The position numbers were made by a program, and so were the translations under genes. 26,617 nt of DNA from Pirellulales bacterium (GTDB taxonomy: Bacteria > Planctomycetota > Planctomycetia > Pirellulales > JADZDJ01), in assembly GCA_020851115.1 (NCBI GenBank), contig JADZDJ010000297.1, forward strand, positions 1-26,617, given 5' to 3'. Below are positions 18,085-26,617 of this stretch, in pieces. Position 1 is the first letter of the stretch, and every line of letters begins with the position of its first letter. The notes beneath the pieces were generated by a model. It made no database searches and was not told where the DNA came from. It saw only the letters and a list, made by a program, of their open reading frames with translations.

Positions 18085-19242
18085 TTAGACTCGTTCGAAA
18101 ACCGTGGCGATACCCTGTCCGACGCCGATGCACATGGTTGCCAGCCCAGTTTGTGCGCCACGGTCGAGCATGTTATGCAGCAGCGTCGTCGTGATACGGG
18201 CGCCACTGGCGCCAAGCGGATGACCGATGGCAATCGCCCCGCCGCGGACGTTGACTTTCGCTTCATCGAACTTCGACATGCGGATGCAAGCCAGCGATTG
18301 CGACGCGAAGGCTTCGTTCAGTTCGATCAAATCAATGTCGCTCAGCTTCATGCCAGCGCGCTGCAGGGCTTTCTTCGTCGCCGGCACCGGGCCAGTGCCC
18401 ATAACGGCCGGTTCGACGCCGACAACGGCCGTCGCAACGATTCGCACGAGCGGCTTCAGGCCGAGCGACTTTGCTTTGTCTTCGGACATGACCAATAGGG
18501 CCGCGGCACCGTCGTTCAGCGGTGAACTATTGCCGGCCGTCACCGTTCCCATCCCCGGCATAAACGCTGGCTTGATCGCCGCAAGGGCTTCCATGCTAGT
18601 GTCCGGACGCACGCACTGATCGACTTCGACCAACACGCGATGGCCGGCCTCATCGCGGCCGTAGATGGGCACGATCTCTGGTTTGAATTCGCCTTTGGTA
18701 TGTGCCGCCGCGGCACGCTGATGGCTGCGCAGCGCGAACCGATCTTGCTCCTCGCGGGAAATGCCCTGCGTCTGCGCAAGGAATTCCGCCGTGACACCCA
18801 TGAGCAGCGCGCCTTTGCTGGTGCGCTGAAAGAGCCGAGGATTCAGATTGATCCCTGCGTCCATCGGAATGTGCTGCATGTGCTCCAGTCCGCCGACGAT
18901 CTGCACATCTTCGCCGCCGGCGATGATGGAATGCGCTGCTTGATTGAGCGCTTGCAAGCTGGAGCCGCACAGCCGGTTAATCGTTGCCCCGGCCGCATGC
19001 ATCGGCATCCCAGCCATGAGGGCCACCGTGCGAGCGACGTTCATTCCCTGCTCGCCTTGCTGCTGCGTATTGCCCAGCACGACGTCTTCGACTTCGTTCG
19101 GATCGATGCCGCTCCGCTCCACGACGGCTTTGACGACAGCCGTCGCCAAATCGTCCGAGCGAACATCGCGAAATACACCCTTTTCTTGATGTGACCGGCC
19201 AATTGGAGTGCGTGCGGCAGCGACGATGACGGGGCGTATCAT
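18085..19242 (-). CDS. fadA: Acetyl-CoA C-acyltransferase (3-ketoacyl-CoA thiolase)
   Basis: Thiolase motifs NRLCGSSLQA (active-site Cys), the C-terminal GGAIAIGHPLGASGARI, and CIGVGQG. Confidence 0.9.
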   Translation of the reverse strand: MIRPVIVAAARTPIGRSHQEKGVFRDVRSDDLATAVVKAVVERSGIDPNEVEDVVLGNTQQQGEQGMNVARTVALMAGMPMHAAGATINRLCGSSLQALNQAAHSIIAGGEDVQIVGGLEHMQHIPMDAGINLNPRLFQRTSKGALLMGVTAEFLAQTQGISREEQDRFALRSHQRAAAAHTKGEFKPEIVPIYGRDEAGHRVLVEVDQCVRPDTSMEALAAIKPAFMPGMGTVTAGNSSPLNDGAAALLVMSEDKAKSLGLKPLVRIVATAVVGVEPAVMGTGPVPATKKALQRAGMKLSDIDLIELNEAFASQSLACIRMSKFDEAKVNVRGGAIAIGHPLGASGARITTTLLHNMLDRGAQTGLATMCIGVGQGIATVFERV

Positions 19243-19250
19243 GGCAGGAG

Positions 19251-19263
19251 CCAGGGTTCAGGG
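19251..19263 (-). repeat. Second copy of the CCAGGGTTCAGGG motif, 8 nt upstream of the fadA ATG (within tandem GGGTTCAG x2)
   Basis: Identical 13-mer to 8386..8398. Lies in the 40-nt fadB-fadA intercistronic spacer (19243-19282). Followed by GTTCAGAAAAT. Confidence 0.5.
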
Positions 19264-19282
19264 TTCAGAAAATCGGTCAGAT

Positions 19283-21424
19283 TCAGCCATAGAATCTTGA
19301 TCCGGCGTGTGCCATTTCTTCAAGCATCGGTGTGGGCTTCCAGCGCTGGCCGAGCGATTCAAATGGCTTGAGCATTTCGATAATCTTGCTTGCCCCCAGC
19401 GTGTCGGCCCAAAACAGCAGGCCCCCTTTGAACGGTGGAAAGCCGAGGCCATAAATCAGTCCGAGATCCACGTCGCGAATGTCTCGTACAATCTTATCCT
19501 GAAGCAGCCGGGTAGCTTCGAGAACCATCGGAAGAAACAGCCGTGCCGTGAGCTGCGCTTCGCTAAATTGCTGCTGACTGCGGACCATTGACTCCACAAT
19601 CGATTGGAGCGCTGGGTCCGGTTCGCCGCGGTCTTTACCGGGGTGATACTTGAAAAAACCAGCGCCAGATTTCTGCCCGAGACGACCAGCTTTGATGAGC
19701 GCCGGCACGACGGGTGAAACAACGACTCGCTCCGGAAAAGCGTCGTACATCACACGTCCCGCATAAAACGCTGTATCGAGCCCGACAACGTCAAACAGCG
19801 TAATCGGTCCCATCGGCATTCCAAAATTTTTTGCGGCTCGATCGATTGCAGCAATATCTGCGCCGTCAAGCAGCAATTCGATCGATTCATTCATATAGGG
19901 CAGCAACAAGCGATTGACCAGAAATCCTGGCCCATCGTTGACAACGATCGGCGATTTGCCGATCGCTTTGGCGTAGGCGACCGCCGTAGCGATGGTTTCG
20001 TCGCTGGTTTGCTTCCCGCGGATCACTTCCACCAGTGGCATTTTGCGGACCGGATTGAAGAAGTGAATCCCACAAAATTGCTGCGGTCGCTTTAACGCCT
20101 TCGCAAGTTGCGTGATGGGGATTGTCGAAGTGTTGGATGCCAAGACGGCGTGTTCGCGCAATTGGGGTTCAAGCCGCGCAAAAACCTGCTGTTTCACGGC
20201 GGCATTTTCGACGACCGCTTCAACCACTAAATCACAGGTGGCGACTTCGGCATCGGTCGTCGTGGCATTCAGCAGCGCGGCGAATTTCACGGCACGCGCT
20301 GGATCGGCGCCTTTGGTTTGTTTATTGTACGAAACTTCTTCGAGCACTTTTTGCACGCCTGCCGAAAGCGCCTTTGCGGCGGCGTCGGTCATGGTCACCG
20401 GAACATCGCGACGCAAATTTGCTGCCGCAATTCCTTGCCCCATGATACCCGAACCGATGACGGCGACCGATTGGATGGGTCGCGCTACGATATTTGGCCG
20501 ATCAATGCCGAGGTCTTTCTTGTTGCGATCCGATAAAAAGAAAACATTGATCAGCGACCGGTTTACCGGTGAGCCAAACAAGGCCGCCATACCCTTGGCT
20601 TCTTCCTCGCAAGCAGCGTCGATGTCGAGGGCTGCAGCGCCGAGCATTACTTCAAGCGCCGCGAATGGAGCGGGGTAATGACCCTTGGTTTGCTGTTGAA
20701 TGAGCGCCGAAGCGGTCGCACCGAGGAAGCCCAACTCCGTCTCATTGATTTTGATCGGCGCGCTCCAGCGCTGGCGGTCGTCAAGAAACTGCTTCGATTG
20801 CTGTTCGTCGCGAATCATCCGAATCGCGGCGTCTTGCAATCGCTCGGCCGGCGCTACATCGTCGGCAATTCCTAGCTTGAACGCAGAGGCCGCATCGATA
20901 TTTTCCGCGCCGGTGACCAGTTCCACGGCGTTGCTCAATCCAATCATCCGCGAAGTTCGGGCCGTGCCGCCCCAGCCGGGAAACAGCCCCAGTTTGACTT
21001 CGGGAAATCCAAACTGTGACTTTGGATTTAAGCTCAGAACGCGTCGGTCGCACCAGATGGCCAACTCTGCTCCGCCGCCGACACAAATTCCATCGATCGT
21101 CGCAACTGTCACAAACGGGTACGTCGATAACCGCTGAAACAGCTTTCGACCGCGATGGCAAAACTCGACAATTTGCTGCTTTGGCATCTCAAACGATGCG
21201 GCAAACTCGCGAATATCGGCACCTGCGATGAACGATCCTGGCTTGCCAGAGCGAATGACAAGCCCCGCGAGGCCAGTGCGCTTTTCGAGCGAGTCCAATT
21301 GTACCGATAATTCTTCGAGCACATGCGATGTGAGCACGTTCGCGCCCTTTTTGGGGTCATCAAACGTCAACATGGCTATGTCGGCTTCAGGAAACGAGAG
21401 TTTGACAACCGATTCGTTGGGCAT
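19283..21424 (-). CDS. fadB: Fatty-acid oxidation complex alpha subunit (enoyl-CoA hydratase / 3-hydroxyacyl-CoA dehydrogenase, FadB/FadJ-like)
   Basis: N-terminal crotonase fold and a central NAD-binding GSGIMGQGIA. ~714 aa from ATG 21424 (MPNESVVKLSF...). The ORF extends to ATG 21547 but the extra 41 aa are low-complexity, so the start is uncertain. Confidence 0.85.
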   Translation of the reverse strand: MPNESVVKLSFPEADIAMLTFDDPKKGANVLTSHVLEELSVQLDSLEKRTGLAGLVIRSGKPGSFIAGADIREFAASFEMPKQQIVEFCHRGRKLFQRLSTYPFVTVATIDGICVGGGAELAIWCDRRVLSLNPKSQFGFPEVKLGLFPGWGGTARTSRMIGLSNAVELVTGAENIDAASAFKLGIADDVAPAERLQDAAIRMIRDEQQSKQFLDDRQRWSAPIKINETELGFLGATASALIQQQTKGHYPAPFAALEVMLGAAALDIDAACEEEAKGMAALFGSPVNRSLINVFFLSDRNKKDLGIDRPNIVARPIQSVAVIGSGIMGQGIAAANLRRDVPVTMTDAAAKALSAGVQKVLEEVSYNKQTKGADPARAVKFAALLNATTTDAEVATCDLVVEAVVENAAVKQQVFARLEPQLREHAVLASNTSTIPITQLAKALKRPQQFCGIHFFNPVRKMPLVEVIRGKQTSDETIATAVAYAKAIGKSPIVVNDGPGFLVNRLLLPYMNESIELLLDGADIAAIDRAAKNFGMPMGPITLFDVVGLDTAFYAGRVMYDAFPERVVVSPVVPALIKAGRLGQKSGAGFFKYHPGKDRGEPDPALQSIVESMVRSQQQFSEAQLTARLFLPMVLEATRLLQDKIVRDIRDVDLGLIYGLGFPPFKGGLLFWADTLGASKIIEMLKPFESLGQRWKPTPMLEEMAHAGSRFYG

Positions 21425-21785
21425 TGGGCTAATATTCCTATTGGGAGTTTCCCTCCACTCAAGGATAGAGCTGCCGGGCTGCCTCGTAAACCCAGATTGA
21501 ATGCCGCCGGACGAGGTGGTAAACTTCGTCCATAAGCCTTGACCCATCTAGCATGGCGATCCTGCGGTCGCCGTTCGAGCCGTTTAGGCTGGTCATGTCA
21601 AGGAGGGAAATACGAAGAAGTCAAGCATCCAACGGCAGCGCTTTTAGTCAAGGATGGCAGGTTTAGGGGGATTCCGTCCGAGGTTGATGATCTGCTAGAA
21701 CGAGCAGACGATTGCCAGGTGCGACATCGCCTGGCAGTCGAAATAGCTTGCATTGGGCTGACTACTGTATTGATTAGGATTTTTT

Positions 21786-22373
21786 ATGGAGAACTTCAAA
21801 GTGATGAAACGCGAAACGATGATCGAACTAGGCGTGTTTGCCGGATTAGTCGCCCTGGGTGTAGTCACTCGACTGATTTCCGCCGAATTTACGGAGCTTT
21901 CGAATTTTACTGCGACCGGAGCGGCTGCCCTTTTTGCAGGCTACTATTTCCGCAATCGCTGGGTTGCAACTCTCGTTCCGCTTGCGCTGATGGTCATTAG
22001 CAATTTGGCACTGCGGCAGTACGATTCGTTCGGACAGATGGCCATTGTATACGCGGCCTTGGCGCTGCCGGTGGTTTTGGGCCATTCGTTGCGCGGACGA
22101 GAGAACGGATGGCGAATTGGAGGCTATGCGTTTTCTACGTCGATATGGTTCTTCTTCATCACCAACTTCACCTATTGGGCTTGGAACAACCTTTATGCGA
22201 AGAATACGGCAGGTCTCATTGAAAGTTACGCGATGGGACTTCCTTTCTTGCGCAACATGGTGGCCTCGGATTTGCTGTTTTCGTTCCTGCTGTTTGGCGC
22301 CTTTGCCTTTGCCGTGCAAGTTGGAATGTTGCCGCGGCGATTGGCCACTACTTCAGTTGCGGCAAACACTTAG
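21786..22373 (+). CDS. Small polytopic membrane protein (4-5 predicted TM), function unknown
   Basis: AGGA at -7 of ATG 21786. Hydrophobic segments (GVFAGLVALGVV, ATLVPLALMVISNLAL, IWFFFITNFTYWAW, LLFSFLLFGAFAFAV). Alternative starts at 21804 or 21819. Confidence 0.55.
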   Translation: MENFKVMKRETMIELGVFAGLVALGVVTRLISAEFTELSNFTATGAAALFAGYYFRNRWVATLVPLALMVISNLALRQYDSFGQMAIVYAALALPVVLGHSLRGRENGWRIGGYAFSTSIWFFFITNFTYWAWNNLYAKNTAGLIESYAMGLPFLRNMVASDLLFSFLLFGAFAFAVQVGMLPRRLATTSVAANT

Positions 22374-22539
22374 CTTCATTGCTTCTTTGCCCGCTTCATC
22401 AGATCTCACGGCAACAGCCGCTCGCACTCGGCGTTGCTATGTGCATCTCCTGCAAATTCGGAACAAATTACCTGCGCTTGCGACAGCGTGGCTGCACCGG
22501 TCGATAGTATAGCCTGTCGGCATTGGATGCCGACCCGGA

Positions 22540-24204
22540 TTGTGCCGCTGGCTCGCCGATCCTGCGCGTTCGCAATGGAGTGTCCTTGCCAACATCGGAC
22601 TCTCACCCTGCGAGTGTGCAGTGCCTCAAGCGATTCCTCCGTATTTGAAACTTCGTGCGGTGGATGCGGCCGAAGTTGTTCGTCCCGATATTGCGGACCT
22701 CGATTGCCTGGCCGATTTGTGCCGGACGTTTGCTGAAGCGACCGGCTTTCCGCTACGCTATGTGCCGTCGCCAGAGCCGACTGACGATCTCGATCTGCTA
22801 TGGTCCGCCCCGGTCAACCCGGGCGTTGGAGCAACTCCCGGACATCTGCGGATCGATTTATCGCGAACCCCAGCCGACGGCGAAACATGGCGGATCGATT
22901 GGCATGCCGCCGAAAGCTTGGCGACCGCCATCGGCCAACTCGTCAACGAAGCGGTTGCCGCACGCCACGCGCTTTGGCAACGCGAAGCCGAACTGGCAGC
23001 CGGCGTTCCTGTCACGCCCCATGCGAACGAGGAAACGCACTTAGCCCTTCGACTGGAAGCAACGCTGCAAGCCGGCGTCAAAGCCATTCACGCCGACTCG
23101 GCAGCCCTCTATCTGCTCGACGAAGCCACGAGCCAGCTCAAGTTACGGGCTGCATCGGGGATGCCGATCGCGAAATTTCAAGAACCTGCGCGAGAGCTAT
23201 CTGGTCAATTGGCGGATCTCGAAGCGCTGCTCGGCCATGCTGTGGCGCTCGAAAGTCGAAAGGATATGGTCGGCTCCTGGCGTTCGCCCGAGCCTGCTGG
23301 CGCGGCGTTGTGCGTGCCGGTTTCTAGTCCGACAGTTCCGCTGGGAACGCTGTGGTTCTTCAATCGGCGCGCGCGGACATTTACCGACGAGCAAACGAAC
23401 GTCGCGGAAGTCATCGCGGCGAAAATTGCGTCCGATTTGGATCGGGCCGTATTGCTGGATCGCGAAGCAGCCCGGTCGAATATCGAGCGAGAAATGACGG
23501 CCGCCAAGCGATCGCAAGAGCATCAACTGCCGATCACGCCGCCGCCTCTTGCCGGATGGAAGATCGCTGGTTGGGCGGCACAAGCCAGTTCGCTGGGCGG
23601 AGCGTTCTACGATTGGCGGCTGCTCGACGACGATACGCTGCTGGTGTTGTTGGGCGATGCCAGCGACGGCGGTATCGAGGCCGCATTATCGTCGGCCGCA
23701 TTGCGGGCGGCGCTGCGCACCAACGATCGAACGCCCGCCGATTTGAGAGCGCTGCTCGCGCAGGCCAATCGCGTGCTGTGGGAAAGTTCGGCGGGTGGCT
23801 GGTGGGCGGGGTTATGGGCAGGGGAAATCAACTTGAAGGATGGCCGTTGCGAATTTGCCAGTGCCGGCAGGCCGTCGGCGATGTGTTTGAGCGACGATCG
23901 TTGGCTCTCGCTGCTCAAACCGCAAGCTCCACTCGGTCTGGAACCGATCTTCAAGCCGCAGCCAAAGCAGATCATTCTGACTCCCGGCGAATCGCTCGTT
24001 GTTTGCAATCGCGGCATTATGGATGCCGTCGATGAACGCGGGCGGCCGATGGAAGAAGCGGCGCTCGCTCGATCGCTGATGGCCGATCTCTCCGGACCGC
24101 CCGATCGGTTGATCGACATCGTGTGCGACCGAGTAGCCGCCCATGCCGTGCAGCCCGATCAATGGGATCGTAGTATCCTGATTGTCAAACGGCTGGCGGA
24201 GTAG
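22540..24204 (+). CDS. GAF-domain-containing PP2C-family (SpoIIE/RsbU-like) serine phosphatase
   Basis: GAF-like region (about aa 170-300). C-terminal SpoIIE-like region (GGAFYDW..., LLGDASDGGIEAALSSAALR..., ...AGRPSAMCLSDD..., ...PGESLVVCNRGIMDA). No in-frame ATG in the first ~200 codons, so a non-ATG start is likely (TTG 22540 or a downstream GTG). Confidence 0.75.
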   Translation: MCRWLADPARSQWSVLANIGLSPCECAVPQAIPPYLKLRAVDAAEVVRPDIADLDCLADLCRTFAEATGFPLRYVPSPEPTDDLDLLWSAPVNPGVGATPGHLRIDLSRTPADGETWRIDWHAAESLATAIGQLVNEAVAARHALWQREAELAAGVPVTPHANEETHLALRLEATLQAGVKAIHADSAALYLLDEATSQLKLRAASGMPIAKFQEPARELSGQLADLEALLGHAVALESRKDMVGSWRSPEPAGAALCVPVSSPTVPLGTLWFFNRRARTFTDEQTNVAEVIAAKIASDLDRAVLLDREAARSNIEREMTAAKRSQEHQLPITPPPLAGWKIAGWAAQASSLGGAFYDWRLLDDDTLLVLLGDASDGGIEAALSSAALRAALRTNDRTPADLRALLAQANRVLWESSAGGWWAGLWAGEINLKDGRCEFASAGRPSAMCLSDDRWLSLLKPQAPLGLEPIFKPQPKQIILTPGESLVVCNRGIMDAVDERGRPMEEAALARSLMADLSGPPDRLIDIVCDRVAAHAVQPDQWDRSILIVKRLAE

Positions 24205-24210
24205 CCGCGG

Positions 24211-25044
24211 CTAGACCACACGCGATTCCTGCGCCAGCACGCCCAGCACGATTTTTCGCAGCTTCGGCTCGGCGATGCCGGCGGCATGAAGGATTTCTTG
24301 GATCTCGACCGGCTTGAGTGAATCGGGGAAGCACATGTCGGTGATCGCGGACAATCCCAGCACGCGCATGCCGCTGTGGACCGCGACCAGACACTCGGGC
24401 ACGGTGGACATGCCGACGCAATCCGCGCCGATGGTCCGCAGGAACCGATATTCTGCCCGCGTTTCTAAATTTGGCCCGCTGACGGCGGCAAATACGCCGC
24501 GGTGCGCGACAAAGTTTTCCCTCCGCGCCACTTCCAAGGCCCGCTCGACTAGCTCCGGCGTATAGGCCCGCGACATGTCGGGAAATCGCGGTCCGAGCCG
24601 GTCGTCGTTGATGCCGATGAGTGGATTGCCGTTCATCAAATTGATGTGATCGTCGATCACCATCACCTCGCCGATGCGGTACAGCGGATTCATCCCGCCG
24701 CATGCATTGGAAACGATCAGCAAATCGGCGCCGAGGAATTTCATCACCCGCACGGGAAAGGTGATCTGTTGAAAGCTATAGCCTTCGTAGGAATGGACTC
24801 GCCCTTCCATCGCGACGACCGTCGCTCCGCCCAGCCGCCCACACACCAGCGTTCCGGCATGGCCGATGGCCGTCGATCGCGAAAAATGCGGAAGCTCGCC
24901 GTAGTCGATCGACGCTTCCACTTCGATTTCCCGAGCCAGACCGCCTAATCCGGTGCCGAGGATGATTCCAGCCTGCGGCTTTCCTTGCCACACCTTGCGG
25001 ATGGCGCTAACCGCTGCTTGGATTTGGTCGAAGAGAGCGTGCAT
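24211..25044 (-). CDS. punA: Purine nucleoside phosphorylase (PunA/trimeric PNP-MTAP family)
   Basis: Motifs GIILGTGLGG and HFSRSTAIGHAGTLVCG, the C-terminal GADCVGMSTVPE, and overall PNP-I colinearity. 277 aa. Confidence 0.85.
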   Translation of the reverse strand: MHALFDQIQAAVSAIRKVWQGKPQAGIILGTGLGGLAREIEVEASIDYGELPHFSRSTAIGHAGTLVCGRLGGATVVAMEGRVHSYEGYSFQQITFPVRVMKFLGADLLIVSNACGGMNPLYRIGEVMVIDDHINLMNGNPLIGINDDRLGPRFPDMSRAYTPELVERALEVARRENFVAHRGVFAAVSGPNLETRAEYRFLRTIGADCVGMSTVPECLVAVHSGMRVLGLSAITDMCFPDSLKPVEIQEILHAAGIAEPKLRKIVLGVLAQESRVV

Positions 25045-25097
25045 GGAGCAAGACCGATGGCTGAAGGCAGCAGTATTGGAAGTTTTGGCAGACGAAG

Positions 25098-25472
25098 CTA
25101 TTCAGAATCTTCCTCGTCGAAGTCGTCCTTGTCGTCGCCGGCCCCTTTGTTGTCGTCGAACGATAAATCGCTGGCGTCTTCTTCAAAATCATCATCAAAA
25201 TCGTCGTCGAAGTCGTCTTCATCCCATTCTTCGTCGTCTTCGATCGTCGGGGCGTCTTCAATCAACGCATCGTCGTCGAGGTCGTCGTCCTTGTCGTCGT
25301 CCTCTTTATCCTCCTCCTTATCGCTATCCTCCTCGTCATCTCCCGCAGCCATGGCGCCGGCAGCGCAACCGCCGCGGGCCGACTTTTGAAACGGGAATGC
25401 TCCCGCTGGCAATTCCGCGCATGCGCCGCCGGGCATCGACATCAAATTCAACAATGGATCAGTGACCGTCAT
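25098..25472 (-). CDS. Highly acidic small protein (125 aa; ~45-aa Cys/Gly/Ala-containing N-terminal part followed by ~80 aa of D/E-rich low complexity), upstream of and co-oriented with punA
   Basis: ATG 25472 with GAGGG at -9. Sequence MTVTDPLLNLMSMPGGACAELPAGAFPFQKSARGGCAAGAMAAGDDEEDSDKEEDKEDDDKDDD...DDFDDDFDDDFEED.... The opposite-strand Ser-rich frame is the mirror reading of the same repeat. Confidence 0.45.
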   Translation of the reverse strand: MTVTDPLLNLMSMPGGACAELPAGAFPFQKSARGGCAAGAMAAGDDEEDSDKEEDKEDDDKDDDLDDDALIEDAPTIEDDEEWDEDDFDDDFDDDFEEDASDLSFDDNKGAGDDKDDFDEEDSE

Positions 25473-25838
25473 GTAAGACCCTCGACAATGGCTGAAAAAT
25501 GGGGCTTTTACTTCAGTCGACGCAGTGCCAAGCCGCACCCCGCTTGGAAGCAATCCGCCACTCGAACCGCTTTCTGGCAGACGCTAGTCCGATTCGGAAA
25601 CGAATCGCTGGCGACTGTGCAAAGCATAGGATTCGCTCTTGTTATCCGACCCTGGCGGCGTTTGTCAACCGGCGCGGCAACAGCGACCGACATTGTTTGC
25701 CGAAATGGCGACGCAGCGACGGCATTCGGCGTCTGTTTCGGGGCGATTTTCGCGTACGCGGCAGCGGACGGCCGCCGCCATAGGTTCCAACGACGAGCGT
25801 GCCGTTCGGCTGGCCGTCCGTCCTTGACCAATGAAAAC

Positions 25839-25872
25839 GGGCAGGGTCCAGCAACACGCAAAGACCCTGCCC
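25839..25872. other. Perfect 10-bp GC-rich hairpin GGGCAGGGTC-(14 nt)-GACCCTGCCC in an ORF-poor region
   Basis: Seen directly. On the minus strand it is followed by GUUUUCAUU (a weak U-tract), so it is a possible terminator in that orientation. No clear partner gene. Confidence 0.25.
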
Positions 25873-26430
25873 ACACACGGGGGTGAGAAAGCCGTGGTTT
25901 ACCCCCGCACGCCGGCCCAAAGACAACGGCATGCGGGATTCTGGCAAAACATACAGCGCACCGCCGGGCCGCCGTGCCGAAAATCGAGCGAATATGCAGC
26001 ATTCGAGGAGTTTTCTCATGGCGAAAAGTCGGCGCATTCCAACGGTGCGGAGTATAGCGGCAAGCGGCGCAGGGGCGCGACCATGGATGGACCGGGAGAG
26101 TAGATCGTTGACGGGATTCGAGATTCAGGGGCAACTTCCAACGGACCCAACGCCAACCAGCGCGCGGTTAGGAGTTGCCGGTGATCGGATGGCATTGGTC
26201 GCGGGCTTCATGTTTACACGGGTCCGACTTCTTGGTTGCTTGGCCTTTCTGTGTATCTGTGTTTATGATTACTGTACTGGCGTATCATAGCGGTCATTTG
26301 ATCTGCGTCAAGAGGCGGGGAGCATTTATCGATTTGGCGAAGGGCGAGACGAAGTGTCCCCGCAGCCGTCGGGATTGCCGCGTGATTCGCGGTTGGCGTC
26401 GTGGCGTGATTTTCAAATATTTATTTTGCG

Positions 26431-26511
26431 TGGAAATGAAAGAACCGGAAAAGTGCATTTCGATCGAGCGTCGTGCAGATTATCGCGGAATTCATTTCCG
26501 GTTCATTTCCG
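26431..26511. repeat. Tandem 11-mer TTCATTTCCGG x2 (26490-26511) with an imperfect inverted partner GGAAATGAAAGAACCGGAAAAG (26431-26452)
   Basis: Seen directly. Lies in a lower-GC segment at the window edge. A G7 run follows at 26511-26517. Confidence 0.4.
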
Positions 26512-26617
26512 GGGGGGTGTGCAAAAAATCGGCGGGCGGAAGCGAAATGGATCGAGAATTTACGAGTGTTTTTGAGGTTTGAGGCGTGGCGAGGGTCGAT
26601 GGAAAATAAGGGGGTGG

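Noticed and set aside
24985-25389. Plus-strand poly-Ser/Lys ORF (134 aa)
   Set aside because: It is the mirror reading of the acidic repeat on the minus strand. It overlaps the punA start and has no RBS, whereas the minus-strand acidic ORF sits in a clean intergenic slot with GAGGG at -9. The call is still uncertain; see findings.
25508-26134. 208-aa minus-strand ORF
   Set aside because: Extremely R/C/P-rich and overlapping the acidic-protein gene. It has the composition typical of spurious ORFs in GC-rich noncoding or antisense sequence.
1-26617. CRISPR arrays, rRNA or tRNA genes
   Set aside because: No regularly spaced direct repeats of 25-40 nt with unique spacers were seen. No tRNA cloverleaf candidates or rRNA-like conserved stretches were found by eye.

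Overview
The window is GC-rich (~58-60% by eye), and the gene families present suggest a Planctomycetota-type chromosome. These are a Tat-signal Gfo/Idh/MocA oxidoreductase, a secreted LRR protein, DUF1080 and a large multi-domain transporter. That taxonomic call is an inference.

Gene content, left to right:
- 150-370: a short degraded IS3-like OrfA remnant.
- 429-1793: Gfo/Idh/MocA oxidoreductase.
- 1979-3232: LRR protein.
- 3295-4304: a DUF1080 gene that appears pseudogenised (three in-frame stops and one homopolymer frameshift).
- 4440-6715, minus strand: DinB-like, then YeiH-family transporter with an N-terminal extension, then a small overlapping ORF.
- 7010-8999, minus strand: a helical hypothetical protein, then an SPFH-linker-YbjN-like fusion protein.
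- 9179-13446, minus strand: a Tro/Ytg/Mnt-type metal ABC importer operon (lipoprotein SBP, ATPase, permease). The 802-aa 'permease' is a fusion of two permease domains with a C-terminal DtxR/MntR-like repressor domain. This is the most unusual feature here. It is preceded by a near-consensus sigma70 promoter overlapped by inverted repeats.
- 14074-21424, minus strand: a beta-oxidation cluster (fadE, then fadD-fadA-fadB).
- 21786-22373: a small membrane protein.
- 22540-24204: a GAF-PP2C (RsbU-like) phosphatase.
- 24211-25472, minus strand: purine nucleoside phosphorylase preceded by a highly acidic, D/E-rich small protein.
- 25554-26617: an ORF-poor, structure- and repeat-rich tail.

One sequence-level oddity stands out. 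An identical 13-mer (CCAGGGTTCAGGG on the plus strand) sits exactly 8 nt upstream of the ATG of two unrelated minus-strand genes.

No rRNA, tRNA or CRISPR was seen.
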